Source of the DNA: Podarcis melisellensis
Lineage: Eukaryota
Assembly: GCA_964234715.1 (NCBI GenBank)
Contig: OZ174279.1
Strand: one strand, 5' to 3'
DNA length: 64,000 nt
This document shows, piece after piece, positions 49,201 to 57,830 of this stretch (its first letter is position 1; every line of letters begins with the position of its first letter). Under the pieces are notes generated by a model. The model did no database searches, had not been told where the DNA came from, and saw only the letters and a list, made by a program, of their open reading frames with translations. Both the position numbers and the translations under genes were made by a program.

Positions 49201-50179
49201 AAGGGTGGGGGATCAAGTGTGGTTGTCAACCCAAGGGTTGCCGTTCAAAGGGGGTTGTAAGAAATTGAGGCCCAGAAGATTGGGACCCTTTGAGGTCATT
49301 CAGCAGGTCAACCCGGTAGCTTTCAAACTCCGATTACCCAACCACATGAAATTGCACCCAGTGTTCCACAGGTCGTTACTGTCACCATACAGGGGGGGAC
49401 GTGAAGGGGAGTACGTCAGGGGACCAGCCTTGGAAGAGAGGGAACGCCGCAACCATGTAGCGGAAATCCTCGATTCCAGGTGGAAGGGAAATCAGGTGGA
49501 GTATTTGGTGGCGTGGGAAGGGGAACCGGAGTCAGAAAACACCTGGGTGAATGCAGAGGAAGTCAATGACGAGGTTTTAACAGAAACGTTCCACCAAAGG
49601 TTCCCGAGGAAACCTCAGCCGATAGCAAGGTTTAGGAGGGAGTATTTCGGCACCACCGATGAGGAAGAGGAAATGGAAGGGTTCGCGGAGTCGGAGTTGG
49701 AAGAGGGAGTGGACTCCGATGACGAAGATTACCGAGAGAGTAGGAACAGCAACAAGTGGAGGGAAGTGTTCGCGACGTCGGAAGACGAAGGAGGTTCTTT
49801 CAGGGGTTTTACCTCCTCACCGCCAGTAGGGGAGGAGACGGGAGGGGGTGAAGGGGGCCCTGGAGGGGAGGTGGATGTCAGGGAACTGCCATCTAAAGCG
49901 CCGGGGGCGCAAAGGCTCACTGAGGTTGAGAGAGGAGTAGCAGCGGAAGAGGGAACCAGTAGAGGGCGAGCAAGAACTCCAAGGGAAAGTGAGTCGGAGG
50001 GATGGCTCAGAGACGCTTCCAGCGAAAACAGTGGGGAGGTCTCAGGACCTCCTATAGGGACACCCACACCTCGCCGGAAACTGTCACGCCGAGAGGCCAG
50101 ACGACGTGTTTCCGTTAAAGAGCTTTTATGTTGGAAACGATTCCGAAAGCAGCCACTTTCGGATTCTACTAGTGATTGA
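46088..50179 (+). CDS. Gypsy Pol (expected to be expressed by -1 frameshift from gag): protease, RT, RNase H, integrase, chromodomain, acidic tail, LTR-encoded extension
   Basis: ALLDSGS (PR); KLDLRGAY, MPFGL, FLDD (RT); ETDASD, YDRELLA (RH); HDSPTAGH..CDQC and IDF/SDRG/QAER with D(35)E spacing (IN); LGPF; EYLVAWEG..NTW (chromo). No internal stops. Confidence 0.95.
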   Translation: MLSLPTARALCQSLPTKKGMARDGRSCWGKGRGRQGASKSQRLAATVGAQQPGQRAVKVPMPEPPRPALVIEVLLELPNGHPLKIKALLDSGSSCNFMSKEFAAEHQIQTIPLSNPLQVTTIDGRELLGGEVSQQTVPMIMRVARHTEQIAFNVAILGGAPIILGMSWLALHDPLVGWHQRVVSFGSAHCLEHCKEGKVSGGDRVTLAGMEVMDKGKVPPQYADLSNVFSEREADKLPPHRPFDCQINLLPGAQLPVGKLYAMSDREMQELREFIDKNLKRGFIRESRAVGGSPVFFVDKKNTDKPRLVCDFRALNAVSEPLAFPMPRIDDILTRVRKGKIFTKLDLRGAYNLIRIRKGDEWKTTMFTPLGAFEYLVMPFGLQGGSACFQAFINHVLGPLLYKNCVAFLDDVLVYSEDEEQHVRDVREVLGRLQANQLWVKLEKCQFHTKEVEFLGYRLSDKGLAMDPGKVQAVLEWKTPKTKKDVQRFLGFGNFYRKFIKNFAHLTAPITDCLSSKKKFVWTVEADRAFEELKRAFASEEQLLHVDLRKPMRVETDASDRAVGAVLLQPGRSASEWRPCAFFSRKLNKSERNYTVYDRELLAIHEAFRRWRHLLIGAQHKVQVCTDRKNLEYWRTARVLNQRQVRWAQEFSKFNFEICYVPGPENVRADTLSRKPEYWEGEGVIEERHVIPEDRWVCGAALVGQRELVEETENDEYAQDKLRGLRGEGESPGGFEERNGALYYKGALYIPEGELRGRVLKQLHDSPTAGHFGQHKTMWLVTREFWWPKVREDVREYVRGCDQCQRAKGERRAPAGLLEPLPTPERPWEAISIDFMTDLPKSKGKTAIMVVVDLLTKMCHFVACSHAVTAEETAKLFVEHIFRLHGAPLRVISDRGKQFTSRFWRKLMSLLHVEVNFSTARHPETNGQAERANGILQQYLRCYVNDRENDWVEKLALAEFAYNNAENVSTGMSPFLANYGCHPRAFPGEGGERWSVPAAEHFVEEMEAIHHQLQLNLERAKAQYKKQADKNRREGETIRVGDQVWLSTQGLPFKGGCKKLRPRRLGPFEVIQQVNPVAFKLRLPNHMKLHPVFHRSLLSPYRGGREGEYVRGPALEERERRNHVAEILDSRWKGNQVEYLVAWEGEPESENTWVNAEEVNDEVLTETFHQRFPRKPQPIARFRREYFGTTDEEEEMEGFAESELEEGVDSDDEDYRESRNSNKWREVFATSEDEGGSFRGFTSSPPVGEETGGGEGGPGGEVDVRELPSKAPGAQRLTEVERGVAAEEGTSRGRARTPRESESEGWLRDASSENSGEVSGPPIGTPTPRRKLSRREARRRVSVKELLCWKRFRKQPLSDSTSD
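46212..46267 (+). promoter_or_regulatory. Predicted H-type RNA pseudoknot stimulating gag-pol -1 frameshift
   Basis: Stem 1 GCCTGGCTGC (46212-46221)/GCAGCCAGGC (46237-46246); stem 2 GGGCAC (46230-46235)/GTGCCC (46262-46267); located at the gag/pol overlap. Confidence 0.75.
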
Positions 50180-50283
50180 CGCAGCCATGCTGGAGGGGCT
50201 CCGTCACAGGCAGAGGTTTGAAAACCTGATCAAACTCTGAGGGACTTGCATTTTACGCACAAGCAGCTCATCGTCCCATCACA
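49876..50283 (+). repeat. Gypsy 3' LTR (first 304 nt encode the Pol C-terminus)
   Basis: Direct repeat of the 5' LTR, preceded by purine-rich GGAGGGGAGGTGGA; pol stop at 50177-50179. Confidence 0.96.
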
Positions 50284-52383
50284 CCCATCTTACTTGCATT
50301 TCCAGTCAGTGTCAAAGTTACAGAAAACACATATCGTTACACTGGTGTTCTGAGAAGGAACACTGTAAAGTACAAAAAAAAAAAGATTTTCAATACTTGT
50401 GGCAGAGAAAAATGTGACCAACAAACCAATTTTAGAGTTTAGCTACACTTGGTAAATTTGGAAGCCTTGTAAATCTAGAGTAAGTGGGGATAGCATTGGG
50501 CTCACTAATTTGCAAACAAGACTAGAGTGGCTCCAGGGATTTCTTTGAATGGGACTAAAATAAGTGGCTTTCCTAGTCATTAAGTTTACAAGCCTTTGCA
50601 AATCAATAGACCAGTTTGTTACGAAACAAATGACTGTCTTTAAAAAGCAAAAAGCGGGGATTTCACCACAGTGATCCAGGCAGTAACTAAGGTAACTAGG
50701 AAGTATTAAATCAGCATATTTAATTTCAGACTTTAAGGTTAGAGACATTGGGCTCTGGTAATAAGCCAAATCAGAGGAAAAATAATAGAATCACAGTGGA
50801 TAGACTCTAGAAATATTTCTTCTCCAGTTCCATGCCATATTTGTTTCCTCGCACTTAAGCCTGTCTTATCTATACCCACAAGGAGAGAATAGCACTTAAC
50901 AGGTTACCCCATGCAAACTATGTTGGCTAGATTATGGAAAGGAATAAATATTAGTAATAGGAAATGGGTAAGTGTGTAACTGTTGATCAGCTGGACTTTT
51001 GATACAGTTTAACTGGTGGAAATTCCATATAAAGCTAGTTGGACAAATGTGGGAATGTTTTATGAGTTATCCAGGAACCCAAAATGATCACGCAAGGGAT
51101 TTAAAAATCAATTACCTTCCACAACTCTAGCATTCAAATAAGCCATTTTTCATCAAGTCAAACCTTAATATATACTAGAAAAGTCATTAGTACACCATTG
51201 TTCATTCTTCAAGATCACTTCTATCATATGCCCAGATGTATTTGGAGCATATGCTCCAATATTGATTGCAAATTCAATTTAAGGCAAATCTCTTCCGTCA
51301 AGGTTTCAGTTGACAATATCGTTCTCAGTATTTTCTGTCCCTGCTTTTATGCTGTTGCTGATGTTAGTAATATATTGTTTTTCAAATTATTTTGGGCTTT
51401 TGGGTTGCAGTGTAAACCAATGAAAGCATCAGAAAAGCAGCATATAAGCATTTTATTAAAGTACCACTCAGTATACAGTTACCTCTGAGAAACACCTTGG
51501 ACAGTCTGAACACACTTCCAGGTTTCCTTAGCTTATCGACTATAATGAGAGGCAAAAAGTCCCCTTGGTATTGTAACTGTGGCATGTTGAATATCTCTTT
51601 AATGAGCCTGTAATGGAACATTTCATTTCCCCCTCTGATACTTGCCTGGTGTGATTTAGTCCCACTGGGCATGGCTCAACTTCATTTTATTTTTGGGTCA
51701 GGCATGTTGGGACCGAGTAGAAGGCTTTGCTTAGCTGCCATATAGATTTCTATGTATTATTCTGAAAAAAAAGAAAGTTGCCTTTGAACCTGCCTGTCTC
51801 TGCTGAGTGTTCACATGAGAGTAGAATCTTTCACAACATGGACTCCTGAGTGAATAGTGCACCCCTGGTACCAGGGTGAGCAGATGCAGATCAAGACAGG
51901 GCTCCTTCATCTTTAATAAGTTGTCTTCCCATGTTATGCTGAACACAGGTACAAACTGTCTCCATCCATGTTTGTGTGAAAGAGTGCACACTTGTGGATT
52001 AATCTAGCTCAGCTACAGTGTACACAGGTACAAAACTCTACACTCATTGAACATTAGATATGTACAACTCAACTATTGTGTACATATACACTGCATGCTT
52101 GTTGAATGTAATGTGTGAATGCCCCTGGAGTTGTATAGAAGAGGGAATTTCAGAAGGTGCAGCTTGCATAATGAGCTATACTTGATGGAATTCTATCTTT
52201 TCAAACCAACTGCTAAAGGTGTAGCAACCCTGTCCTCTTTTTCATCTGGTCACCTTACCTGGATCTTGGAGGCAAATAATAAATATATGGTATCAGAAGG
52301 CCTGTCTTCTATTTTGGTCTCCAGCACACCAAACAGAACTGATGCCTAAGATAAAGCCAATTTGGATCAAATTTATAGGCTAC

Positions 52384-52729
52384 AGGCATACCCGCCGACA
52401 TTTCTCCAATGAAAATAGGGACATCCGATTCCATAATGATAATTTTACTGTTTTTACACCACCCATCTTACTGGGTTGCCCCAGCCACTTTGGGCAGCTT
52501 CCAACATATATAAAAACATAATAAACTATTAAACATTTTAAAAAATCCCCATGCAGGATTGCCTTCAGATGGCTCGGGGGGTTAGATAACACCATACCCT
52601 CCAACATTTCTCCCATGAAAATAGGGGCATCCTAAGGAAAATTGGGACATTCTGGGATCAAATCAGAAACTGGGACGGCTTTTTTAAATCAGGGATGTCT
52701 CTGGAAAATAGGGATACTTGGAGGGTCTG
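52384..52729. mobile_element. Composite repeat: duplicated MITE-like left end enclosing an L2-like 3' fragment
   Basis: CATACCC..ACATTTCTCC.ATGAAAATAGGG occurs at ~52387 and ~52593; right end TTGGAGGGTCTG. Confidence 0.55.
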
Positions 52730-53002
52730 CGAAGGTGATAGCTTGGTAACCTCCACCATTCTCTAGCAACAGTCCAGTGATGTAATAATGATTCATAATG
52801 GCTAAAGACATTGTTGTCTACTACTGTCCCCAGCCAGTCGATGTGCCATTGTTTTCATATCCTGAAAACAAAGGAAGATGTGGTCTCTTACCTCAATATA
52901 AGTTGGGGAGAAGTGCTATGGAGATCTTTAAATGCTCACAGGATAGGCAAGCACCATACAGAGACTCTAAATTATGGCGACCATGTTGCTGATGGTGAGA
53001 GA

Positions 53003-53463
53003 TGTGCGAATATATCGATCTGGCCCTTGATCGATAGAGCCGCGACTTCAGACAGCTATACGATCCCAATCAATCACTTACAGCGGTCCGGCACGCTTCC
53101 TCCCAAGCTGCGCAATAACTCCTGCTGTCTCTTCTCAGTCACGGCTTTTAGCAGAGTAGAACACAGCGTGTAAAGCAGTCTCACTCCTTGTAAGCACACA
53201 TAGACAGGTGTGTCTATTTACAGCTCTTTATTACAACATTTCAGCATCAAAGTCCGTCACTGCTGGCAGCCATTGCTGCAAACATGTCTCCCTCTCAGAT
53301 ACACAGAGGGAACATCCTTCTCCCCTCAGAGTCACAGGGGGACTGAACAACAGGGAATAGTCCCGCCCAGCTTCTAAAGCTTCTGTCTCCGCCCAGCTGT
53401 AAGCTGACGTCAGCAGGTGACACACACCAGGGAATTTAACCAGATAAATTCTGAACTATAACA
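53003..53463 (-). repeat. Copia 3' LTR
   Basis: Copy of 56511-56971 preceded by the PPT; minus-strand AATAAA at 53227-53232. Confidence 0.95.
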
Positions 53464-56189
53464 CCCCCCCTTGTGTCCCTGCGTGATACCTGTGCAACAT
53501 CTTCAGTAACACCTTGTGAGATCAATCCCTTCCCCAATGCCTTGCGCCTTCCCTTGGCAAACCTGTTTGGCATTTGTGGAACCACCTCACAACTCTCAGA
53601 ATCACACTGTGCGAAACTTACCCACGCACCTGTGGCCTGGTACCTCTCTGGTGGGATACCTTTAGTTGTGCGACTGGACCTCCTAGGCACAAACTCAGGT
53701 GTTCCCTCTGACTCACTTTGATCAGCAAGTGTGTCCTCTGCATCACGGGATTCTCCTTCTGACTTAAAGCGTCTTCGAATCCTCTCCATCACACTCACAG
53801 GAGAACTAGGCTCACTCTTGGGCAGTCTCTTAACAGCTTGTGGAGATGCCCTATCCTGCTCCTGACCCTGGTCAGTGACCTGGTCGTCATCAGCAGCCTC
53901 AGCCTCTTCTTCCTCTGCCTCATCAGAACTGTCTTCTGGATCAGAGAGACATTCTGAGAGAACATCACGCCTGACAGGAGTCTTTGACTTTACCTCCTCC
54001 TCTAAGAACTCAGCGTGTTTACTGATCAGCACCTTACTCTGATCACCTGACGGGTAAGCAAATCGCCATGCACGGGCTTCTGGCTCATACCCACAGAATA
54101 TCATTTTCTGGACTTTGGCTCCATCTGGCCCTTGCAAAGCCTTAGGCACAGAGACAAGCGCAGGAGTCCCAAACGTCCGCAGAAAGTGAACCTGGGGTTT
54201 TCGGCCATTTAACAAAGAGAACGGTGTGTCACCTACCAGTGAGTTGTAGACACGATTCCAGGTGAATGACACAGCCCTCGTAGCCTCCAGCCAAAACTTA
54301 GGAGGTAGCCTGGCTTCTTTCAGCATCACCTGTGCAGCCTTAACCAGAGCTCCACTTCTCAGCTCTGCCACCCCCCCTTGCTGGGGTGAAATAACTGTGT
54401 GACGTATCCCTTTCTGTTGAAAGAACTTCTGCAAAGCAGAACCAGTGTACTTAGCATTTCTGTCACTGATGATCGCTTGAACCCTGGTGGAAAACCTTAG
54501 TTCCACCCCCTCAATCCAGCTCTTGATCAGCTGTGCTGCATCCTCCCTGGATTTGAGACCGTGAGCCCAGGAATTCTGCGAGAAATCATCCAGAAAAGTT
54601 AGCAGAAACCTGGCCCCCCCTAGACTTGGTTCCTTAACAGGACCGGACAAATCTATGTGAACAAGCTCAAAAGGTTTGGTGGCTACACGTTCCACCTTTG
54701 GGTAACTGCACCCTCTCACCTTTGCTTGCTTGCAAGTGGCACAATTAATGGCACTTTGACAATTTCTAATCTTACAACCTGTAACAACCTCAGGTAGCGC
54801 CTGCAAATCCTCTAAAGGATTGTGAATCGTTCTCTGATGCCATACGCATGCACACGTAACATTATGAGCGGGAATTGTAGCACGCTGGTTGGGAACTGTA
54901 GCACGCAACGCTTGTGCTTTCTCAACCTTCCCCTCACCTCCAAGAGACGTTTTAAGAATGAAAAGATCATTCTGTCCCTTCCGCACTTTGGCCAGTAACC
55001 TCCCTCCTCTGGAGATTGTGCAGACATCATTTTCAAAACAAACTTTGAACCCCTTACTTAACAAATAAGGCACAGATAACAAACAGTGATGAATCTCTGG
55101 AACAATACAAAAATCCACCGCCTCCTGCAAAACAGAAAGATAGGCATTAGCGAACTTAGTAACTCTAGTTTTCTGTCCATTCGCGAACTTAATAGTCTGT
55201 CCCTTCGGAACTGCCGTGCAATTCCACATCTCGACTGCAGGGGTCTCTGGAACCATGTTGCGGTTAGCTGCAGAGTCTATTACAAAGGCCATCTCGGGAT
55301 TTTCCACTCGGCCGTCTTCGAACACTGCCATACTCGCAGAAACCTGATAAGACTCTTCTCCCTGCTGTTTACCACGACCACCTGGCTCAGCTCCACGCCT
55401 GCCTGTCTTCCCAGGCCTGTTGCCATGGAAACCCGCCTGGTTCCCATGGGAAAAGTCTTTGCAAACATCCTGCCTCGGCTCTCTGCTCCGGTGGGGGCAA
55501 CTGCCACGCCGACGTTGAACTCCAGTGGAAAAACACTGCCCGGGGCTCCTGCCAGCTGGCCTGGCCTTCCTCCTTCTGGAACGGCGCCTCCCACCAGCCT
55601 GGCCCCCCCTGAAGCTGCTCTCCGCTTCAGCACAAAGCGAAAGCTCTTTAAACTTGCCTTTGGAACTCTTCGCCCCCCCGATCTGCTCACTAGCGCTCCT
55701 AGAGGCCAATCCATCGGGAACAGGGCCTGCCAGTCCAGCCTCTCCAGGACTCAGTCCATCACACAGACGTGTAGAAGCACTACAACAGCTCCCCAACACT
55801 GTCCCAGCCCCCATTGGGCTTTCTGGGCATCCTTCAGCCTCTCCAGGGCTTCCTCCAGGGCTCTGGCCTTTCGCTGACGCCTCACACAAGCCCTTCAGCA
55901 AATTCCAGGCAGCCCACGCTGTCGTTATGCCCTCCAAATGAGGTCTCAGCGATGCATGAACGCATGCTTTGAGCATATTCAGCTCTTGTTGCAGTCTCTG
56001 GCTATCTTCAGCCAACACAGCCCCACAGCCTGCTTCAGCTGCTGGCCAGCCAAGGGGTATTTCTTTTGGCTCCCACTGGTTTGCTTCCCAGAGCCCTTCA
56101 ACCAAGAACAACCCCCTTATTTTTCTGGACCACGTTGCCCAACTCTTTAGAGTTAGAGGCTCCACCGGTATATCCTGGCTTTCAGCCAT
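53436..56189 (-). CDS. Copia Gag-PR-IN polyprotein, 917 aa, no RT/RNase H
   Basis: WATWSRKIRGLFLVEGLWE (gag N-term), FVIDSAA (PR-like), WHQRTIH..CATC (HHCC), PFELVHIDLSGP, FLDDFS, PQQGGVAE, FCGYEP, PRRSSRTTKG; no YVDD motif. Confidence 0.88.
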   Translation of the reverse strand: MAESQDIPVEPLTLKSWATWSRKIRGLFLVEGLWEANQWEPKEIPLGWPAAEAGCGAVLAEDSQRLQQELNMLKACVHASLRPHLEGITTAWAAWNLLKGLCEASAKGQSPGGSPGEAEGCPESPMGAGTVLGSCCSASTRLCDGLSPGEAGLAGPVPDGLASRSASEQIGGAKSSKGKFKELSLCAEAESSFRGGQAGGRRRSRRRKARPAGRSPGQCFSTGVQRRRGSCPHRSREPRQDVCKDFSHGNQAGFHGNRPGKTGRRGAEPGGRGKQQGEESYQVSASMAVFEDGRVENPEMAFVIDSAANRNMVPETPAVEMWNCTAVPKGQTIKFANGQKTRVTKFANAYLSVLQEAVDFCIVPEIHHCLLSVPYLLSKGFKVCFENDVCTISRGGRLLAKVRKGQNDLFILKTSLGGEGKVEKAQALRATVPNQRATIPAHNVTCACVWHQRTIHNPLEDLQALPEVVTGCKIRNCQSAINCATCKQAKVRGCSYPKVERVATKPFELVHIDLSGPVKEPSLGGARFLLTFLDDFSQNSWAHGLKSREDAAQLIKSWIEGVELRFSTRVQAIISDRNAKYTGSALQKFFQQKGIRHTVISPQQGGVAELRSGALVKAAQVMLKEARLPPKFWLEATRAVSFTWNRVYNSLVGDTPFSLLNGRKPQVHFLRTFGTPALVSVPKALQGPDGAKVQKMIFCGYEPEARAWRFAYPSGDQSKVLISKHAEFLEEEVKSKTPVRRDVLSECLSDPEDSSDEAEEEEAEAADDDQVTDQGQEQDRASPQAVKRLPKSEPSSPVSVMERIRRRFKSEGESRDAEDTLADQSESEGTPEFVPRRSSRTTKGIPPERYQATGAWVSFAQCDSESCEVVPQMPNRFAKGRRKALGKGLISQGVTEDVAQVSRRDTRGGVIVQNLSG

Positions 56190-56510
56190 CTTCTCCCGTT
56201 CTCCCGTTCTCCCAAGGGGCCCCTCAAGCTGTACTTACTCCGTACTCAGTGCTCAGTACCAGCTCCTGCGGCTCTCCCTTGCTTGGAGTAACGATTCCAG
56301 CTGCTTTTAGCTCCAGCTGCTTCTCAGCTTCCAGCCAGCTCTCTGTATCAGAAGCTCTCATTGCCTCTCGGAAGCAGGCAATTAATCATTCTTGCTCTCC
56401 GGCACCCAGTCAGCTCCCGTTCCGCTCCTCAGCCGCAGACCGCTGACTTCAAAGACATTCCTGGAGCTCACACCGACTGCTTTACGAGCGTTGGCTGACC
56501 TCCCATAACC

Positions 56511-56971
56511 TGTGCGAATATATCGATCTGGCCCTTGATCGATAGAGCCGCGACTTCAGACAGCTATACGATCCCAATCAATCACTTACAGCGGTCCGGC
56601 ACGCTTCCTCCCAAGCTGCGCAATAACTCCTGCTGTCTCTTCTCAGTCACGGCTTTTAGCAGAGTAGAACACAGCGTGTAAAGCAGTCTCACTCCTTGTA
56701 AGCACACATAGACAGGTGTGTCTATTTACAGCTCTTTATTACAACATTTCAGCATCAAAGTCCGTCACTGCTGGCAGCCATTGCTGCAAACATGTCTCCC
56801 TCTCAGATACACAGAGGGAACATCCTTCTCCCCTCAGAGTCACAGGGGGACTGAACAACAGGGAATAGTCCCGCCCAGCTTCTAAAGCTTCTGTCTCCGC
56901 CCAGCTGTAAGCTGACGTCAGCAGGTGACACACACCAGGGAATTTAACCAGATAAATTCTGAACTATAACA
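56511..56971 (-). repeat. Copia 5' LTR
   Basis: TGTTATAG...TTCGCACA on minus strand, immediately followed by the PBS. Confidence 0.95.
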
Positions 56972-57587
56972 AGAGAGCGTTTAAACTTGGAGCAACAAGG
57001 AGGGAACTATGGAGGAAAACAGAAACTGAAAGCTCAGCAAGAATGATTTCTTGATAGTTTTGTGCAATTTCAACCTTGTTTTGGAAGCTTTTGGAACAAC
57101 ATCCTCTCATTTAGCATTCCTTTTGTCTTCCATGGTTTGGCAGTAACTCTAACAAATGTAGTGCTTTTTTTTAGTCACAGTATCTAACAATTAGTTAGCC
57201 GGTGGCAACATACACTTCCCATAGGATGTTGCTTCTCATTCCCAACTAGAGTAAGATGATGACTAAAGATGACAGATCTATTAATTATCCATGCATGTTT
57301 GGTTGTTTTCTTCAGCCTTAAGGATTCCACTTAATGCAGATCACATTGAAACTGCCGGAAGGATTGTGGTGTCCATGTATGACAGGAGTGAAGCTCTCCC
57401 TTCCAAAGGACACCTACGTAGTTTGTGTGCACCTCTTACAGGCAATCTGAAATAATTTGTAGAAGCAGGGATGTGTGAAAGTGCCTTAGTCCATTCTGAC
57501 ATCCATTCACACTTGTAATGTGGTATTTTCCATTCTGTTGCAATTGGTTTATTTTGCATAAGTCTTTCTTCCATTTTGTCATCTACC

Positions 57588-57830
57588 AGTGTGGTGTAGT
57601 GGTTAAGAGCGGTAGTCTTGTAATCTGGGGAACCGGGTTCGCGTCTCCGCTCCTCCACATGCAGCTGCTGGGTGACCTTGGGCCAGTCACATTTCTTTGA
57701 AGTCTCTCAGCCCCACTCACCTCACAGAGTGTTTGTTGTGGGGGAGGAAGGGAAAGGAGAATGTGAGCTGCTTTGAGACTCCTTAAAGGGAGTGAAAGGC
57801 GGGATACCAAATCCAAACTCTTCTTCTTCT
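57588..57830 (+). mobile_element. tRNA-derived SINE with (TTC)n tail
   Basis: GGTGTAGTGGTTAAGAGC (A box), CCGGGTTCGCGTCTCC (B box), GTGACCTTGGGCCAGTCAC core, TTC tail. Confidence 0.8.

Larger units (their letters stand above)
44786..50283 (+). mobile_element. Full-length Ty3/Gypsy chromovirus (Tf1/sushi group) LTR retrotransposon
   Basis: TG...CA LTRs of 408 bp at 44786-45193 and 49876-50283 (one mismatch, 45000 G vs 50090 C). 5-bp TSD CCCAT at 44781-44785 and 50284-50288. gag then -1 pol with domain order PR-RT-RH-IN-chromodomain. Confidence 0.97.
53003..56971 (-). mobile_element. Non-autonomous Ty1/Copia LTR retrotransposon lacking RT/RNase H
   Basis: 461-bp LTRs at 53003-53463 and 56511-56971, identical by eye. 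TSD AGAGA at 52998-53002 and 56972-56976. PBS GGTTATGGG (56510-56502). PPT AAGGGGGGG (53472-53464). Domain order gag-PR-IN. Confidence 0.95.

Noticed and set aside
55086-55941. Antisense ORFs (263 and 138 aa) in the Copia element, and 45862-46575 in Gypsy
   Set aside because: Expected shadows of GC-rich coding sequence; no recognisable motifs.
57588-57660. tRNA-like sequences (also ~5870-5940, ~32771-32850)
   Set aside because: SINE heads followed by SINE bodies and tails; no intact cloverleaf.
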